64,000 nucleotides of DNA from Candidatus Multivorans sp. (GCA_965224025.1 OZ245033.1:3296001-3360000), one strand, 5' to 3'; shown: positions 30,455 through 40,298, counted from the first letter of the stretch. Program-made: numbers and translations. Notes: generated from the sequence alone by a model not told the origin.

Positions 30455-31495
30455 ATGGAACTAGGACTGCTCGCCGGCGCCTTCGGCAGCCAGATGAATA
30501 TCCCGATCGACCGCATCCGTCAGGCGGAGAGCGCCGGTTTCACGTCCGTCTGGACGGCCGAGGCCTACGGCTCCGACGCGGTCTCGACAGCGACGTGGAT
30601 TCTTGCCCAGACCGAGAAGATCAAGGTCGGCACGGCGATCATGCAGATGCCCGCGCGCAGCCCCGCGATGACCGCGATGACCGCCATGACCCTGAATCAG
30701 CTCTCCGGCGGCCGGTTCCTCGTCGGTCTCGGTCCGTCCGGCCCTCAGGTGATCGAGGGTTGGCACGGCGTCGCCTACGGCCGTCCGCTGACGCGCACGA
30801 AGGAGTACATCGAGATCATGCGCAAGGTCTTCGCCCGGGAGGATCCAGTCACTCACGAGGGCTACCACTACCAGTTGCCCTACCGTGGCGACGACGCGAC
30901 GGGCCTCGGCAAACCGCTCAAGAGCATCCTGGCCGCGGATACCTCGATCCCGATCTACACTGCCTCGATCAGCCCGAACGGGCTCGAGTGCAGCGCCGAG
31001 GTCGCGGACGGCGTGTTCCCGATCTGGATGAACCCGGAGCGCTTCGACCTGATCGAGGGCGCCCTCGACCGCGGCTTCGCTGCGGCCGGCAACGGCAAGA
31101 GCCTCGACGATTTCAAGGTCATGCCCTTCGTCACCGTCGTCATGGGCGACGATGTCGAGCAGTGCCGCACCCCGGTCAAGATGAGCATGGCCCTCTACAT
31201 CGGCGGCATGGGCGCGCGCGACAAGAACTTCTACAACGACTACGCGAAGCGCCTCGGCTACCCGGACGAGGCCCGGGCGATCCAGGACAACTTCCTCGGC
31301 GGCAAGCGGAGCGAGGCGATCGGCGCGGTGCCGGACGCCCTGGTCGACGATGTCGCCCTGGTCGGCCCGAAGGAGCGGATCGCCGACCGTCTGGCGGCCT
31401 GGAAGGAAGCCGCGGGCAACGGTCACGTCGCGTCTATGTTGTTGGGCTGCCAGCAGCCGGAGGCGCTCGACGCGATCGCGGAGGCGGTGCTGTAG
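30455..31495 (+). CDS. LLM-class F420-dependent oxidoreductase
   Basis: WTAEAYGSDA, LSGGRFLVGLGPSGPQVIEGWHG, YIGGMGARDKNFYN; adjacent to F420 genes. Confidence 0.92.
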   Translation: MELGLLAGAFGSQMNIPIDRIRQAESAGFTSVWTAEAYGSDAVSTATWILAQTEKIKVGTAIMQMPARSPAMTAMTAMTLNQLSGGRFLVGLGPSGPQVIEGWHGVAYGRPLTRTKEYIEIMRKVFAREDPVTHEGYHYQLPYRGDDATGLGKPLKSILAADTSIPIYTASISPNGLECSAEVADGVFPIWMNPERFDLIEGALDRGFAAAGNGKSLDDFKVMPFVTVVMGDDVEQCRTPVKMSMALYIGGMGARDKNFYNDYAKRLGYPDEARAIQDNFLGGKRSEAIGAVPDALVDDVALVGPKERIADRLAAWKEAAGNGHVASMLLGCQQPEALDAIAEAVL

Positions 31496-31499
31496 CGGC

Positions 31500-31895
31500 C
31501 TAGACTGTGACGGCCAGCGGGTGTCCGGTAAGCTGGCGATCAGCAGTCAGGAGCCGCAGGCCTTCTGCTTGGGCATGCACGAGGAGCAGCTCGTCGAACG
31601 GATCCCGGTGCGGGATCGGAGTCTCCAGTTCGCGCGCGGCGTGGCGGGGCTCAACTGAGAGGAAGGTCACGTCTTGCTCTTGGAGGATCGCGAGCATATC
31701 ATTCGGGTCGTACGGGTTCTTGCGTTCACATGAAGGGTGGAAAGCGTGGTACTTCAGATGCATCTCCCATATTGAGACTGCGCTGACGAAGAACTCCGCG
31801 TCATGCTCGGCTGCGAAACCGCGTATGGATCCCGAGAACTCGCCGTAGGCCGCCATCAGGTCGTACAGGAACGACGTGTCGAGCAGGACACGCAC
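31500..31895 (-). CDS. vapC: PIN-domain toxin VapC
   Basis: LLDTS, SAVSIWE, HRDPFD, LLTAD. Confidence 0.88.
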   Translation of the reverse strand: MRVLLDTSFLYDLMAAYGEFSGSIRGFAAEHDAEFFVSAVSIWEMHLKYHAFHPSCERKNPYDPNDMLAILQEQDVTFLSVEPRHAARELETPIPHRDPFDELLLVHAQAEGLRLLTADRQLTGHPLAVTV

Positions 31896-31916
31896 TTTCG
31901 AGTCGACTCTGGGAAC

Positions 31917-32195
31917 TCAGTCGTCTTCCAGGCCGAGGACGCGACGGCTCAGCGCCGCGTCGTGGAACGCTTCGCGCATGGCCCTGGCCTCTTCCGGGGG
32001 GGCGTCTTTGATCCCGAGCCGGCGCCGGGTGGCGTCGAGTTTGTCCCAATCGAAGCCGCCCTTGCGGCGCTTGGAGCAGCCGACGAGTTCGACGGCGGGC
32101 TCGCCACGCTTCGTGACGACGACCCGCTCACCGTTCTGGGCGGCGGTGACGAGCTCTGAGAGTCGAGCTTTCGCCTCGGTGATTGCGAGTTCCAC
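31917..32195 (-). CDS. Phd/YefM-family antitoxin
   Basis: ITEAKARLSELV...GERVVVTKRGEP, upstream of the PIN toxin. Confidence 0.88.
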   Translation of the reverse strand: MELAITEAKARLSELVTAAQNGERVVVTKRGEPAVELVGCSKRRKGGFDWDKLDATRRRLGIKDAPPEEARAMREAFHDAALSRRVLGLEDD

Positions 32196-32361
32196 GGGAA
32201 GCCTCCTGCAGCGGAGATCCTACTCGACTAGTCGTCTTCGAGGCGAGGACACGGCTCGCGCCGGATGCCGGTCCGAACCCGGGTGGCGCGGTCCGCGCCA
32301 CCTGTGCACCAGTCCGTGCGCCGTCATCGGGTGCACGGATGGCAGGTCGGCGCACCCAGTT

Positions 32362-34893
32362 CTAGCCGCCGTCCGCTTCCAGACCCGGGCGCACCAGCCG
32401 CAACGGACCGGTGCGCTCGTAGCGGTGGGCCGGCGTGTTCAGCACGGCGGCCAGTTCCGCGGCCTGGAAGGAGGCCTCGACCCGTTCCGGGGGCGGCGTG
32501 CCGTAAGGCGTCGTCCGCTGTCTCGGGATGCGGCCGGCGCTCCGGATCAATGCGTCCATCTCCGACGGCGGCAGTTCCTGGCCATGCTCGGAACCGGCGG
32601 CGCGGGTGATGCTCTCGTTCATCAACGTGCCGCCGAGGTCGTTCACGCCGGCCCGGAGGCAGGCCGCGACGCCTTCCGGCCCCATCTTGACCCAGGAGGC
32701 CTGGACGTTCTCGAACCAGGGGTGAAGCGCCAGCCGGGCCACCGCGTGCATGAGCACCGCCTCCCGGAAAGTCGGTCCCTTGCGGGCGCGGCCCTTGAGG
32801 TAGAGCGGCGCCTCCATGTGGACGAAGGGCAACGGCACGAACTCGGTGAAGCCGCGGGTGCGCTTCTGCAGGTCGCGCAGGCGGAGCAGGTGCCGTGCCC
32901 AGTTGCGCGGACCGTCGACGTGGCCGTACATGATCGTCGCCGTCGTGCGGTAGCCGACGCCGTGGGCGGTCTCCATCACCTCGAGCCACTGGTCCGTGTT
33001 CAGCTTGTCGGGGCAGATGATCGCGCGAATCTCGTCGTCGAGGATCTCGGCGGCCGTGCCGGGCAGGGTGCCCAGGCCCGCCTCCTTGAGGAGCAGCAGG
33101 TAGTCGCGCAAGGGCATGTCGAGGGTCGCCGCCCCCTGCCAGACCTCGAGCGGCGAGAAGGCGTGGACGTGGATCTCAGGGACCGCTTCCTTCACCGCGC
33201 GGCAGATGCCGAGGTAGGTCTCGCCCGTGTAATCCGGATGGATGCCGCCCTGCATGCAGACTTCCGTCGCGCCGCGCTGCCAGGCCTCCACGGTGCGGCG
33301 CATGACCTCTTCGAGTTCGAGGTCGTAGGGCTTGCCGCGCAGGTTCTCGCTCAGCTTGCCTTTGGAGAAGGCGCAGAACTGGCACTTGAAGTAGCAGACG
33401 TTCGTGTAGTTGATGTTCCGGTTGACGACGTAGGTCACCGTGTCGCCGTTCACCTCGCGGCGGATGGCGTCGGCGGCGGAACACACGGCCGTGAAGTCGG
33501 CGCCGCGGGCGCCGAACAGGGTGGCGATCTGGCCTTCGGTCAGGTCCTCCCCTGAGCGGGCGCGGTCGAGAATCGCCTGGATGGGCGCCCGGCCCCCGGC
33601 GCCGTTCCTGTTGCCGTTTCCGTTGGCGTTCCAGACGGCCGGCGCCGTGACCGCGTCCAGCAGCTCGCGTGGCGGCGTCTGTTCGCCGGGAGACCATTCG
33701 TCGGTGCGCGGCAGCCCGGTGGCGTCGATCCGTTGCAGGACCGCGGCGCGGACACCGCCCATGCGGCGGACGTCGCGGCTCTGGCCGCGGCCGTCGTCGA
33801 GCCAGCGTTCGCCACAGGTAGCCCACTCCGGGTAGACGGTCAGCCGCTCGACCAGGGTCTTGCCGGCCAGGGCGGTCTCTTCGGCGAGGCGTTCGAGGTG
33901 CGGCCAGGGGGCCTCCGGGTTGACGAAGTCGGGCGTGACCGGCGATACGCCGCCCCAGTCGTCGATGCCGGCGGCAACGAGTTGCGGCAGGACGCCCGGG
34001 CTCAGGTTCGGCGGCGCCTGAATGTGCATCTCGGGTCCGAGCACGAGGCGCGCCGCGGCGATCGTCCACAGCAGGTCCTCAAGGGTCGGCTCGGGTGCGT
34101 CCGCCATCCGGGTCTCGGGCTTGGCCCGGAAGTTCTGGATGATGACCTCCTGGATATGGCCGTACTCGTCGTGCAGGTCGCGCATCGCGAGCAGGGCGTC
34201 GATCCGTTCCTCGCGGGTCTCGCCGATGCCGATCAGGATGCCGGAGGTGAAGGGCACCCGCGCCTCGCCGGCCATCCTGAGTGTCTCCAGCCTGCGCTGT
34301 GGAACCTTGTCGGGACAGCCGTAGTGTGCCTGACCCTTCTCGTGCAGCCGCGTCGAGACGCTCTCCAGCATGATGCCCATGGACGGCGACACGGGGCGTA
34401 GACGTTCGATGTCCCCGGCGGTCATCAGGCCAGGATTCAGATGGGGCAGGAGCCCGGTTTCGGTCAGCACCCGTTCCGCGGCTTCGCGCAGGTACGAGAG
34501 GGTCGTGTCGTGGCCGAGTTCGGCCAGACCTTCCCGGGCCGCCTTGTATCGCAACTCCGGCTTGTCGCCGAGGGTGAAGAGCGCTTCCTTGCAGCCGGCG
34601 GCGGCGGCGAGGCGGGCCTGGTTCAGGACGGTGTCGAGCGGCATGTAGGCCGCCTCGCCCTTCTTCGGGGGCTGGGCGAAGACGCAGTAGTGGCAGATGT
34701 CCCGGCACAGGTGGGTCAGCGGCAGGAAGACCTTGCGCGAGTAGGAGACCAGGTTGCCGTGGCTGCGGTCGCGCAGTTCGCCGGCGACCTCGATCAGCTT
34801 GTCGAGACCGTTGCCCGCGTCGGTCCGGCTGAGCGCACGCGCTTCTTCGGCCGTGGGGCGGCGGTCGAGATACGTGGTGATCGGCGGGGACAC
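32362..34893 (-). CDS. fbiC: FO synthase, CofG-CofH fusion
   Basis: Two radical-SAM motifs CRDICHYC and CYFKCQFC; DDWGGVSPVTPDFVNPE; LPGTAAEILDD; DLGGTLMNESI. Confidence 0.96.
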   Translation of the reverse strand: MSPPITTYLDRRPTAEEARALSRTDAGNGLDKLIEVAGELRDRSHGNLVSYSRKVFLPLTHLCRDICHYCVFAQPPKKGEAAYMPLDTVLNQARLAAAAGCKEALFTLGDKPELRYKAAREGLAELGHDTTLSYLREAAERVLTETGLLPHLNPGLMTAGDIERLRPVSPSMGIMLESVSTRLHEKGQAHYGCPDKVPQRRLETLRMAGEARVPFTSGILIGIGETREERIDALLAMRDLHDEYGHIQEVIIQNFRAKPETRMADAPEPTLEDLLWTIAAARLVLGPEMHIQAPPNLSPGVLPQLVAAGIDDWGGVSPVTPDFVNPEAPWPHLERLAEETALAGKTLVERLTVYPEWATCGERWLDDGRGQSRDVRRMGGVRAAVLQRIDATGLPRTDEWSPGEQTPPRELLDAVTAPAVWNANGNGNRNGAGGRAPIQAILDRARSGEDLTEGQIATLFGARGADFTAVCSAADAIRREVNGDTVTYVVNRNINYTNVCYFKCQFCAFSKGKLSENLRGKPYDLELEEVMRRTVEAWQRGATEVCMQGGIHPDYTGETYLGICRAVKEAVPEIHVHAFSPLEVWQGAATLDMPLRDYLLLLKEAGLGTLPGTAAEILDDEIRAIICPDKLNTDQWLEVMETAHGVGYRTTATIMYGHVDGPRNWARHLLRLRDLQKRTRGFTEFVPLPFVHMEAPLYLKGRARKGPTFREAVLMHAVARLALHPWFENVQASWVKMGPEGVAACLRAGVNDLGGTLMNESITRAAGSEHGQELPPSEMDALIRSAGRIPRQRTTPYGTPPPERVEASFQAAELAAVLNTPAHRYERTGPLRLVRPGLEADGG

Positions 34894-34938
34894 AACAGAC
34901 CTGCAGGCCGGCGGGGGAAGGGCTGAGACCGAACGGTA

Positions 34939-35649
34939 TCAGCCCGGACCTTGGCCGCTTCCCAGCCTCTTTGCTGTGCCGATGGCGTTCAAGAAACGGG
35001 CGCTCCGGCTCGAATTGTCGCGGCGCAGCAGTTCGGCCAGGTCGTCCGGATGGTCGACATCCAGGCTCAGTCCGTCGAGTTCGAGGCTGGAGGCCGCGGC
35101 GCCGGAGCGTTCCGCTTCGCGTAGATGCGCGTGGAAGCTGCCGTCGCCGAAGCGGAACGGAATGCAACCGGGCGGCGAGCAGGCGAGGGCGTTGGTGCCC
35201 GAGCGGAAGCGGTCGGGCGCCACGGTGACCGTGGCGCGCGGCGCTCCCTTTTTGGCAGCGCCTTGTCCGTTTTCCAGGTGGTGGTCGCAGAGCGCGTCCA
35301 GGTCGGCCGACTTCACCAGGGGCAGGTCGATCGGCAATACCAGCATCGTCGAAGCGGCCCGCCGCTTCAGTTCCTCCGCGGCGGTGCCCAGCGCCCGGTT
35401 CAGGCCGCGCCGGGGTTCGGCAAGGAGCTCGCAGCCGGCGGCGGCCAGGTACTCGCCGGCCACCGGGTCCGAGGTAACGGCGAGTACGCCGTCGATCCGG
35501 GAGGCGCCCCCGATCGCGCCCAGCAGGTCGTCGAGCATGGAGCGGGCGAGCTCCTGACGCTCCTCGCCGCTCAGGACCGGGGACAACCGCCGCTTGGCCT
35601 CGGCCCAGGCCTTGACCGGCAGGACGGTCCAGAGACGGCCGGCGCTCAC
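34939..35649 (-). CDS. cofC: 2-phospho-L-lactate/PEP guanylyltransferase
   Basis: LPVK..AKRRLS, GLNRAL, DLP, GTNAL, FGDGSF.H, DVDHPDDL. Confidence 0.93.
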   Translation of the reverse strand: MSAGRLWTVLPVKAWAEAKRRLSPVLSGEERQELARSMLDDLLGAIGGASRIDGVLAVTSDPVAGEYLAAAGCELLAEPRRGLNRALGTAAEELKRRAASTMLVLPIDLPLVKSADLDALCDHHLENGQGAAKKGAPRATVTVAPDRFRSGTNALACSPPGCIPFRFGDGSFHAHLREAERSGAAASSLELDGLSLDVDHPDDLAELLRRDNSSRSARFLNAIGTAKRLGSGQGPG

Positions 35650-36653
35650 GGTTCGCGTTCCGTAGGCGCGCCGGCCCGAGCCTGCCGCCGTGGTTCAATG
35701 CTCCGGGCGAAGTCGAGCACTTCGCGCGCCAGGCGCTCCCGGTCGGCCAGACTTTTCATCACCGTGCCGGTGACCAGGGTCGGCAGACCGAGATCCTCGA
35801 TCTCCGCCGCATCGGAAGCGTCGGCGCGGTCGACGACGAAGCCATCGAGAAGATCGCGCTCGCGGTAGTGGCGGGCGACAGCCGCCGCGGTTACGGGCAT
35901 CTGTAGTTCCGCCATCATCTTCGCTGCCGGACCCTTGATGGCTTGACCGCCGACGATCGGCGACACCGCGACCACGGGCGCGGCGCTGTCTCGAAGAGCC
36001 GCCTCGATTCCCGGCAACGCCAGCAACGGATCGACACTGACGAAGGGGTTCGAAGGACAGATGACGACCGCCGCCGTCGCATCGTCTTCGAGCGCCGCGA
36101 TGAAGTCGGGCGCCGGACGGGCGGCATCGACGCCCTCGAAGCGGAAGCCGGTCACGGCGGGGGCGCAGCGGTCGCGCACGAAGTAGTGCTGGAAGCTGAG
36201 TTCGCCGGACGGCGTGTCGACGACCGTGCGGATGGGATCATCGCTCATCGGCAGGATCTCGGCTTCGACGCCGAGTGCCCGGCACAGTGCGTCGGTCACC
36301 GCGGTCAGGCTCTCGCCGGCCCGGAGCCTGCGGGTTCGCTCGACGTGGGTCGCCAGATCCCGGTCGCCGAGCCGGAACCAGGTCTCGCCGCCGAGTTGGG
36401 AGAGTGCCTCCAGGAAGGACCGGGTTTCGTGCGCCTGACCCCATCCCGTGACGCGGTTCGCGACGCCGGAGAGGGTGTACATCACCGTGTCGAGATCGGG
36501 ACAGACCCGCAACCCGAGGTGGTCGAAGTCGTCGGCGGTGTTGCAGACCACGGTCAACGCTTCCGGCGACAGGACGCGGGACAGGCCGAGTGCGAGCTTC
36601 GCGCCGCCGACGCCGCCCGACAGCGCGAGGCAGCGGTGCGGAGCGGTGGTCAC
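35646..36653 (-). CDS. cofD: 2-phospho-L-lactate transferase
   Basis: LSGGVGGAKL, NTADD, PDLDTVMYTL, WFRLGDRD, PSNPFVS, IKGPAAKMM; GTG start 36653 overlaps the cofE stop. Confidence 0.95.
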   Translation of the reverse strand: MTTAPHRCLALSGGVGGAKLALGLSRVLSPEALTVVCNTADDFDHLGLRVCPDLDTVMYTLSGVANRVTGWGQAHETRSFLEALSQLGGETWFRLGDRDLATHVERTRRLRAGESLTAVTDALCRALGVEAEILPMSDDPIRTVVDTPSGELSFQHYFVRDRCAPAVTGFRFEGVDAARPAPDFIAALEDDATAAVVICPSNPFVSVDPLLALPGIEAALRDSAAPVVAVSPIVGGQAIKGPAAKMMAELQMPVTAAAVARHYRERDLLDGFVVDRADASDAAEIEDLGLPTLVTGTVMKSLADRERLAREVLDFARSIEPRRQARAGAPTEREP

Positions 36654-37411
36654 CGGAACAGGTCCTGGTTGCGCGGCCGCAGCAGGTCGCGGGCGGTCTG
36701 GGCCGGCCCGAGTTTCCGCAGACCGCGGACGCGGACTACCGGCGTGCCCTCGGCGCCCTCGCCCTGGACGATCTGTGCCGCGCTTGCGACCTGGTCGGCG
36801 GCGCCGGTCTCGGAAACCAGGAGTTCGCGTCCGAACAGATCGCGTTCGCCCCGGAGGTCCCACAGCGCGGTCATGCCCGCGACGCCGATAGCCAGCCCGA
36901 CGGTGCCCAGGCGCCAGGCTCGGCCGACGCTGTCGTTGACAATGACCCCGAGCTCGTCGATTCCGAAGCGAGCCGCCAGGGCGTCTCGCAGAGCCGCCGC
37001 GGAGGCGTCCGGATCTTCAGGCAGGAGCAGGGCGTAGCCGTGGTCGTCGCCCGGTCGGAGGTTCGACTGATCGATGCCCGCGTTCGCCATGATCAGACCG
37101 AGCCGGTGCTCGACGACGATGACGCCGGGCGCCGTGCGAAGCACTTCGTTCGACTCGCGAAGGATCAGCTCGATCAGGCGCGGGTCCTTGTCGACCTCCC
37201 TTGCGAGCCGAACGGCCTCGACGCGCGGCGCCACGGCGGCCAGCTCGACAATCCGGCCCTCGGCCTTGGAGACGATCTTCTGGGCGACTACGAGCACATC
37301 GCCGGGCCGCAACTTCAGGCGCGCCCGGCGCATCGCCTCGGCGATCAAGGCGGCCAGATCGTCATCGGGTTGGACCTCGGGCAGGCCGGGTACGGACTTG
37401 ATGCTCAGCAT
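36650..37411 (-). CDS. cofE: Coenzyme F420-0:L-glutamate ligase (single domain)
   Basis: QKIVSKAEGR, ANAGIDQSN, LLPEDPDASA, DSVGRAWRLG. Confidence 0.95.
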   Translation of the reverse strand: MLSIKSVPGLPEVQPDDDLAALIAEAMRRARLKLRPGDVLVVAQKIVSKAEGRIVELAAVAPRVEAVRLAREVDKDPRLIELILRESNEVLRTAPGVIVVEHRLGLIMANAGIDQSNLRPGDDHGYALLLPEDPDASAAALRDALAARFGIDELGVIVNDSVGRAWRLGTVGLAIGVAGMTALWDLRGERDLFGRELLVSETGAADQVASAAQIVQGEGAEGTPVVRVRGLRKLGPAQTARDLLRPRNQDLFR

Positions 37412-37500
37412 GATGCAGGAGGCGCGACGGTCGGAATCCGAAGGCTACCCGCCGTGTCGCGGCGAGTGCCGCGCGTGAGGCGGCCGCGGGCCAACGGTCT

Positions 37501-38205
37501 TCAGGGCGTACGGGTCGGTTCGCCGGTGATCCGGATCCCGGCGCCGGCAATGCCGTACTTCCGGTTCAACTGGATCAGGATGGATGTCAGGGCTTCCGCC
37601 GCGGCCGCGTTGTCGAGCGGCCCGGCGTGCCAGCCGCGCATCCCCAGCGCCTCGATCAGTTCGATGGCCTCGGCGCGCGCGGCCGGGTCGTCGGAGGTAA
37701 CCAGTACATCGCAGTCCACGGCGTCGTCCTCGCGCAGGTGCGCGGCGCCGACGTTCTGGAAGGCGGACACCACCCGCACGTCCGGGCCGACGGTCTGCTG
37801 GGCGATGACCGCGGCGCAGCCCTCGTCGGGGAGCTGCACCCGCGCGACCTTCGGCGGCACGAGCGGCACCGTGCAGTCGATCAGGATCTTCCCCTGCAGC
37901 GCATCGCGGACCCCCTCCAGGGTGGCCCGCTGGAAGGCATACGGCACCGTCAACACGACGAGGTCGCCTTCCTCGGCGGCGGTCAGGTTGTCCGTGCCGC
38001 GGACGGTCGGGGCCAAACCAAGCGCGCGAAGCTGTTCGTTCACGTCTTCGGCGGAGCCCGCGCCCTTCTCTCGCGAACGCGAACCGATGACGATCCGATA
38101 GCCGGCCGCCGCCCAGCGCCGGGCGAGGCCTCCGCCGAGGTCGCCGGTGGCGCCGAGCATGGCGAGGGTGGGTCTTGGGGAACTGGCGGACTCGTTTTCT
38201 GACAT
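37501..38205 (-). CDS. npdG: NADPH-dependent F420 reductase
   Basis: GATGDLGGGLA, IGSRS, VVSAFQNV, EALTSILIQLN..Y...AGIRITG. Confidence 0.93.
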   Translation of the reverse strand: MSENESASSPRPTLAMLGATGDLGGGLARRWAAAGYRIVIGSRSREKGAGSAEDVNEQLRALGLAPTVRGTDNLTAAEEGDLVVLTVPYAFQRATLEGVRDALQGKILIDCTVPLVPPKVARVQLPDEGCAAVIAQQTVGPDVRVVSAFQNVGAAHLREDDAVDCDVLVTSDDPAARAEAIELIEALGMRGWHAGPLDNAAAAEALTSILIQLNRKYGIAGAGIRITGEPTRTP

Positions 38206-38308
38206 GACGGTTCCAGTGGCTTGCAGGGAAGTTTGCCGCGCTGCTGGTGAGCGCTCCGGGCGCGAGGGCGGCGATCGTACACCGCCGGGACGCCGGCCTT
38301 GCTGGCCT

Positions 38309-39106
38309 TTACTTCCGTCGCCGGTGGAGCGTCACCGCGTCGACCTCCTGCTTGCGCTCCCACCAGTTCTGGTAGAGGTCGAGCGCGAACATGAGCAGGA
38401 GGATGAAGATGACGATCCACTGCGGGATGTACGGAGTGGGGGAGCCGTTCACGGTCAGGTGGGCGCTGTGGCCGCCCTCGAGGATCAGCACGAAGCCGAT
38501 CAGCAGGAGCACGAAGAGGCCGAGGATCTCGAACTCGGGGTTCGAGCTGAGGAACCGCGAGATCGGGCCCGCGAAGAGCAGCATCAACGCCACGGAGATG
38601 AGTACCGAGCCGACCATGACCGCGAAGATGTCGGTCATGCCGACGACGGTGAGGATGGAGTCGACCGAGAAGATCAGGTTCATGCCGACGATCAGGGTCA
38701 CGACCTCGGCGAAACGGCTTGCCTTCGCGACCTCGTGTTCCACGGCCTTGAGCTTGATCCGGAGCTCCTTGACGCCCTTCCAGACCAGGAACAGACCGCC
38801 GATCACCAGCACCAGGGACTTGCCGTCGACCCGGCCGGAAACCTCGACGCCCAGGAACGAGCCGTCGGGATGCCAGAGTTGAGTGGTTGCCGCCTGCAGG
38901 ACCAGGCTGACGACCAGCAGGAGGACGATGCGGAGCGCCATCGCCAGCACCAGACCGAGCTGGATCGCCTGCTTGCGGCGGGCGGCGGGCAGCTTGTTGG
39001 CGATGATCGTGATGATGATCAGGTTGTCGGCGCCGAGCGCGATCTGAATCAGCGTCACGGAGAACAGGGCCGCCCAGAAGGACGGCTGGGCGATGAGTTC
39101 GATCAT
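38309..39106 (-). CDS. TerC-family integral membrane protein
   Basis: LGADNL, ALRIVLL, IGGLFLVWK, FSVDSILTVVGM. Confidence 0.9.
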   Translation of the reverse strand: MIELIAQPSFWAALFSVTLIQIALGADNLIIITIIANKLPAARRKQAIQLGLVLAMALRIVLLLVVSLVLQAATTQLWHPDGSFLGVEVSGRVDGKSLVLVIGGLFLVWKGVKELRIKLKAVEHEVAKASRFAEVVTLIVGMNLIFSVDSILTVVGMTDIFAVMVGSVLISVALMLLFAGPISRFLSSNPEFEILGLFVLLLIGFVLILEGGHSAHLTVNGSPTPYIPQWIVIFILLLMFALDLYQNWWERKQEVDAVTLHRRRK

Positions 39107-39147
39107 CGACGGGGCGCCTTACGACTCGCGTACCGGATCCGGTTACC

Positions 39148-39257
39148 GCCGCCAAACTCGTCGCTCGCTCCGTGTTTGGCCCCAGCCCCCACCTCACCAG
39201 GAGCTTGCGCCGAGCAACTCACTCCGTTACCTTCCTGCGGCGCAAACTCCTAGGCAG
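39148..39257 (-). repeat. ~110-bp structured intergenic repeat, copy 2 (inverted relative to copy 1)
   Basis: Reverse complement CTGCCTAGGAGTTTGCGCCG...GAGGTGGGGGCTGGGGCCAAACACGGAGC...GTTTGGCGGC aligns end to end with 30281-30389. Confidence 0.9.
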
Positions 39258-39320
39258 TGCGCCCGTCGTTTTCCCAGCCTTGACCATCAGCAGCCCACCT
39301 CCAGGAGAGTGTTCGACGCC

Positions 39321-39932
39321 ATGAAGCTACACGAAGCCGCCACCGCCCCCAACTGCCGCCGCGTACGCATCTTTCTTGCCGAGAAGGGCATCGAGGTCCC
39401 GATCGTGCCGGTCGACCTGGGCAAAGCCGAGAACCGGCAGGCGCCCTTCCGGAAGAAGAACCCGATGGGCCGCGTCCCGGTGCTCGAGCTCGACGACGGC
39501 GCCTTCATCGCCGAGTCGGTCGCCATCTGCCGCTACTTCGAGCAGTTGCGGCCCGAACCGGCGCTGATGGGCGGCGGCGACCCGGAGCAGGCGGCCCGCA
39601 TCGAGATGTGGCAGCGGCGGATGGAACTCGAGATCGCCCTCCCGATCATGCAGGTCTTCCGCAACACCCACCCGTACTTCGCCCAACTCATCGAGCAGTT
39701 CCCGGACTACGGCGAGGGTCAGCGCCGGCAGGCCACCAAGCGCCTGGCCTGGCTCGACGAGGAGTTGGCCGACCGCGAGTTCGTGGCGGGCGACGAGTAC
39801 TCAATCGCCGACATCACGGCCCAGATCGGGATCGACTTCGGCCGGGTCACCAAGTTCAAGGTCACCGAGGAGACGCCTAACCTCCTGCGCTGGCACCAGG
39901 CGGTGTCGGCGCGGCCGAGCGCGAAGGCCTAA
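39321..39932 (+). CDS. Glutathione S-transferase family protein
   Basis: APNCRRVRIFLAEKG, NPMGRVPVLELDDG, ESVAICRY, SIADIT; start ATG 39321. Confidence 0.93.
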   Translation: MKLHEAATAPNCRRVRIFLAEKGIEVPIVPVDLGKAENRQAPFRKKNPMGRVPVLELDDGAFIAESVAICRYFEQLRPEPALMGGGDPEQAARIEMWQRRMELEIALPIMQVFRNTHPYFAQLIEQFPDYGEGQRRQATKRLAWLDEELADREFVAGDEYSIADITAQIGIDFGRVTKFKVTEETPNLLRWHQAVSARPSAKA

Positions 39933-40298
39933 GCGGCCTTAGAGCGATTGCGCGCGGGTGGCTCCGGGACCGCCTACGCGTGATGGGCGAGGCAGCGGTT
40001 TCCCAGGATTCGCACGAGGTGACCGACTAAGGCGCCAGCGCTGGCTCCTCGGCGGTGCCACGTTCCGCTGCGGCCGTGCGGCTATTCCGCCACAGCGGCG
40101 GCAACCGAGACTGGAACTCGGTCCAGACCGGTGCCGTGTCGCAAGGCGCTGGCGGTCCGCCCAAGCGGTGTTCACCGTGCCTACCTAGAAGCGGCGTGTC
40201 AACTGTGGATAGGCAGGATCATGCATTCTAACATCCCGCAGTAGCGAGCCGTCAGAAATCCCTGCTACCCGTCGCTGCGCGGAGTCCTGGCGCCGCTT

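Noticed and set aside
39107-39320. yybP-ykoY (Mn2+) riboswitch upstream of terC
   Set aside because: I could not see its consensus; the region is occupied by the 110-bp repeat. An Rfam scan is needed to be sure
39939-40188. Short ORFs downstream of the GST gene
   Set aside because: No recognisable motif or ribosome-binding site
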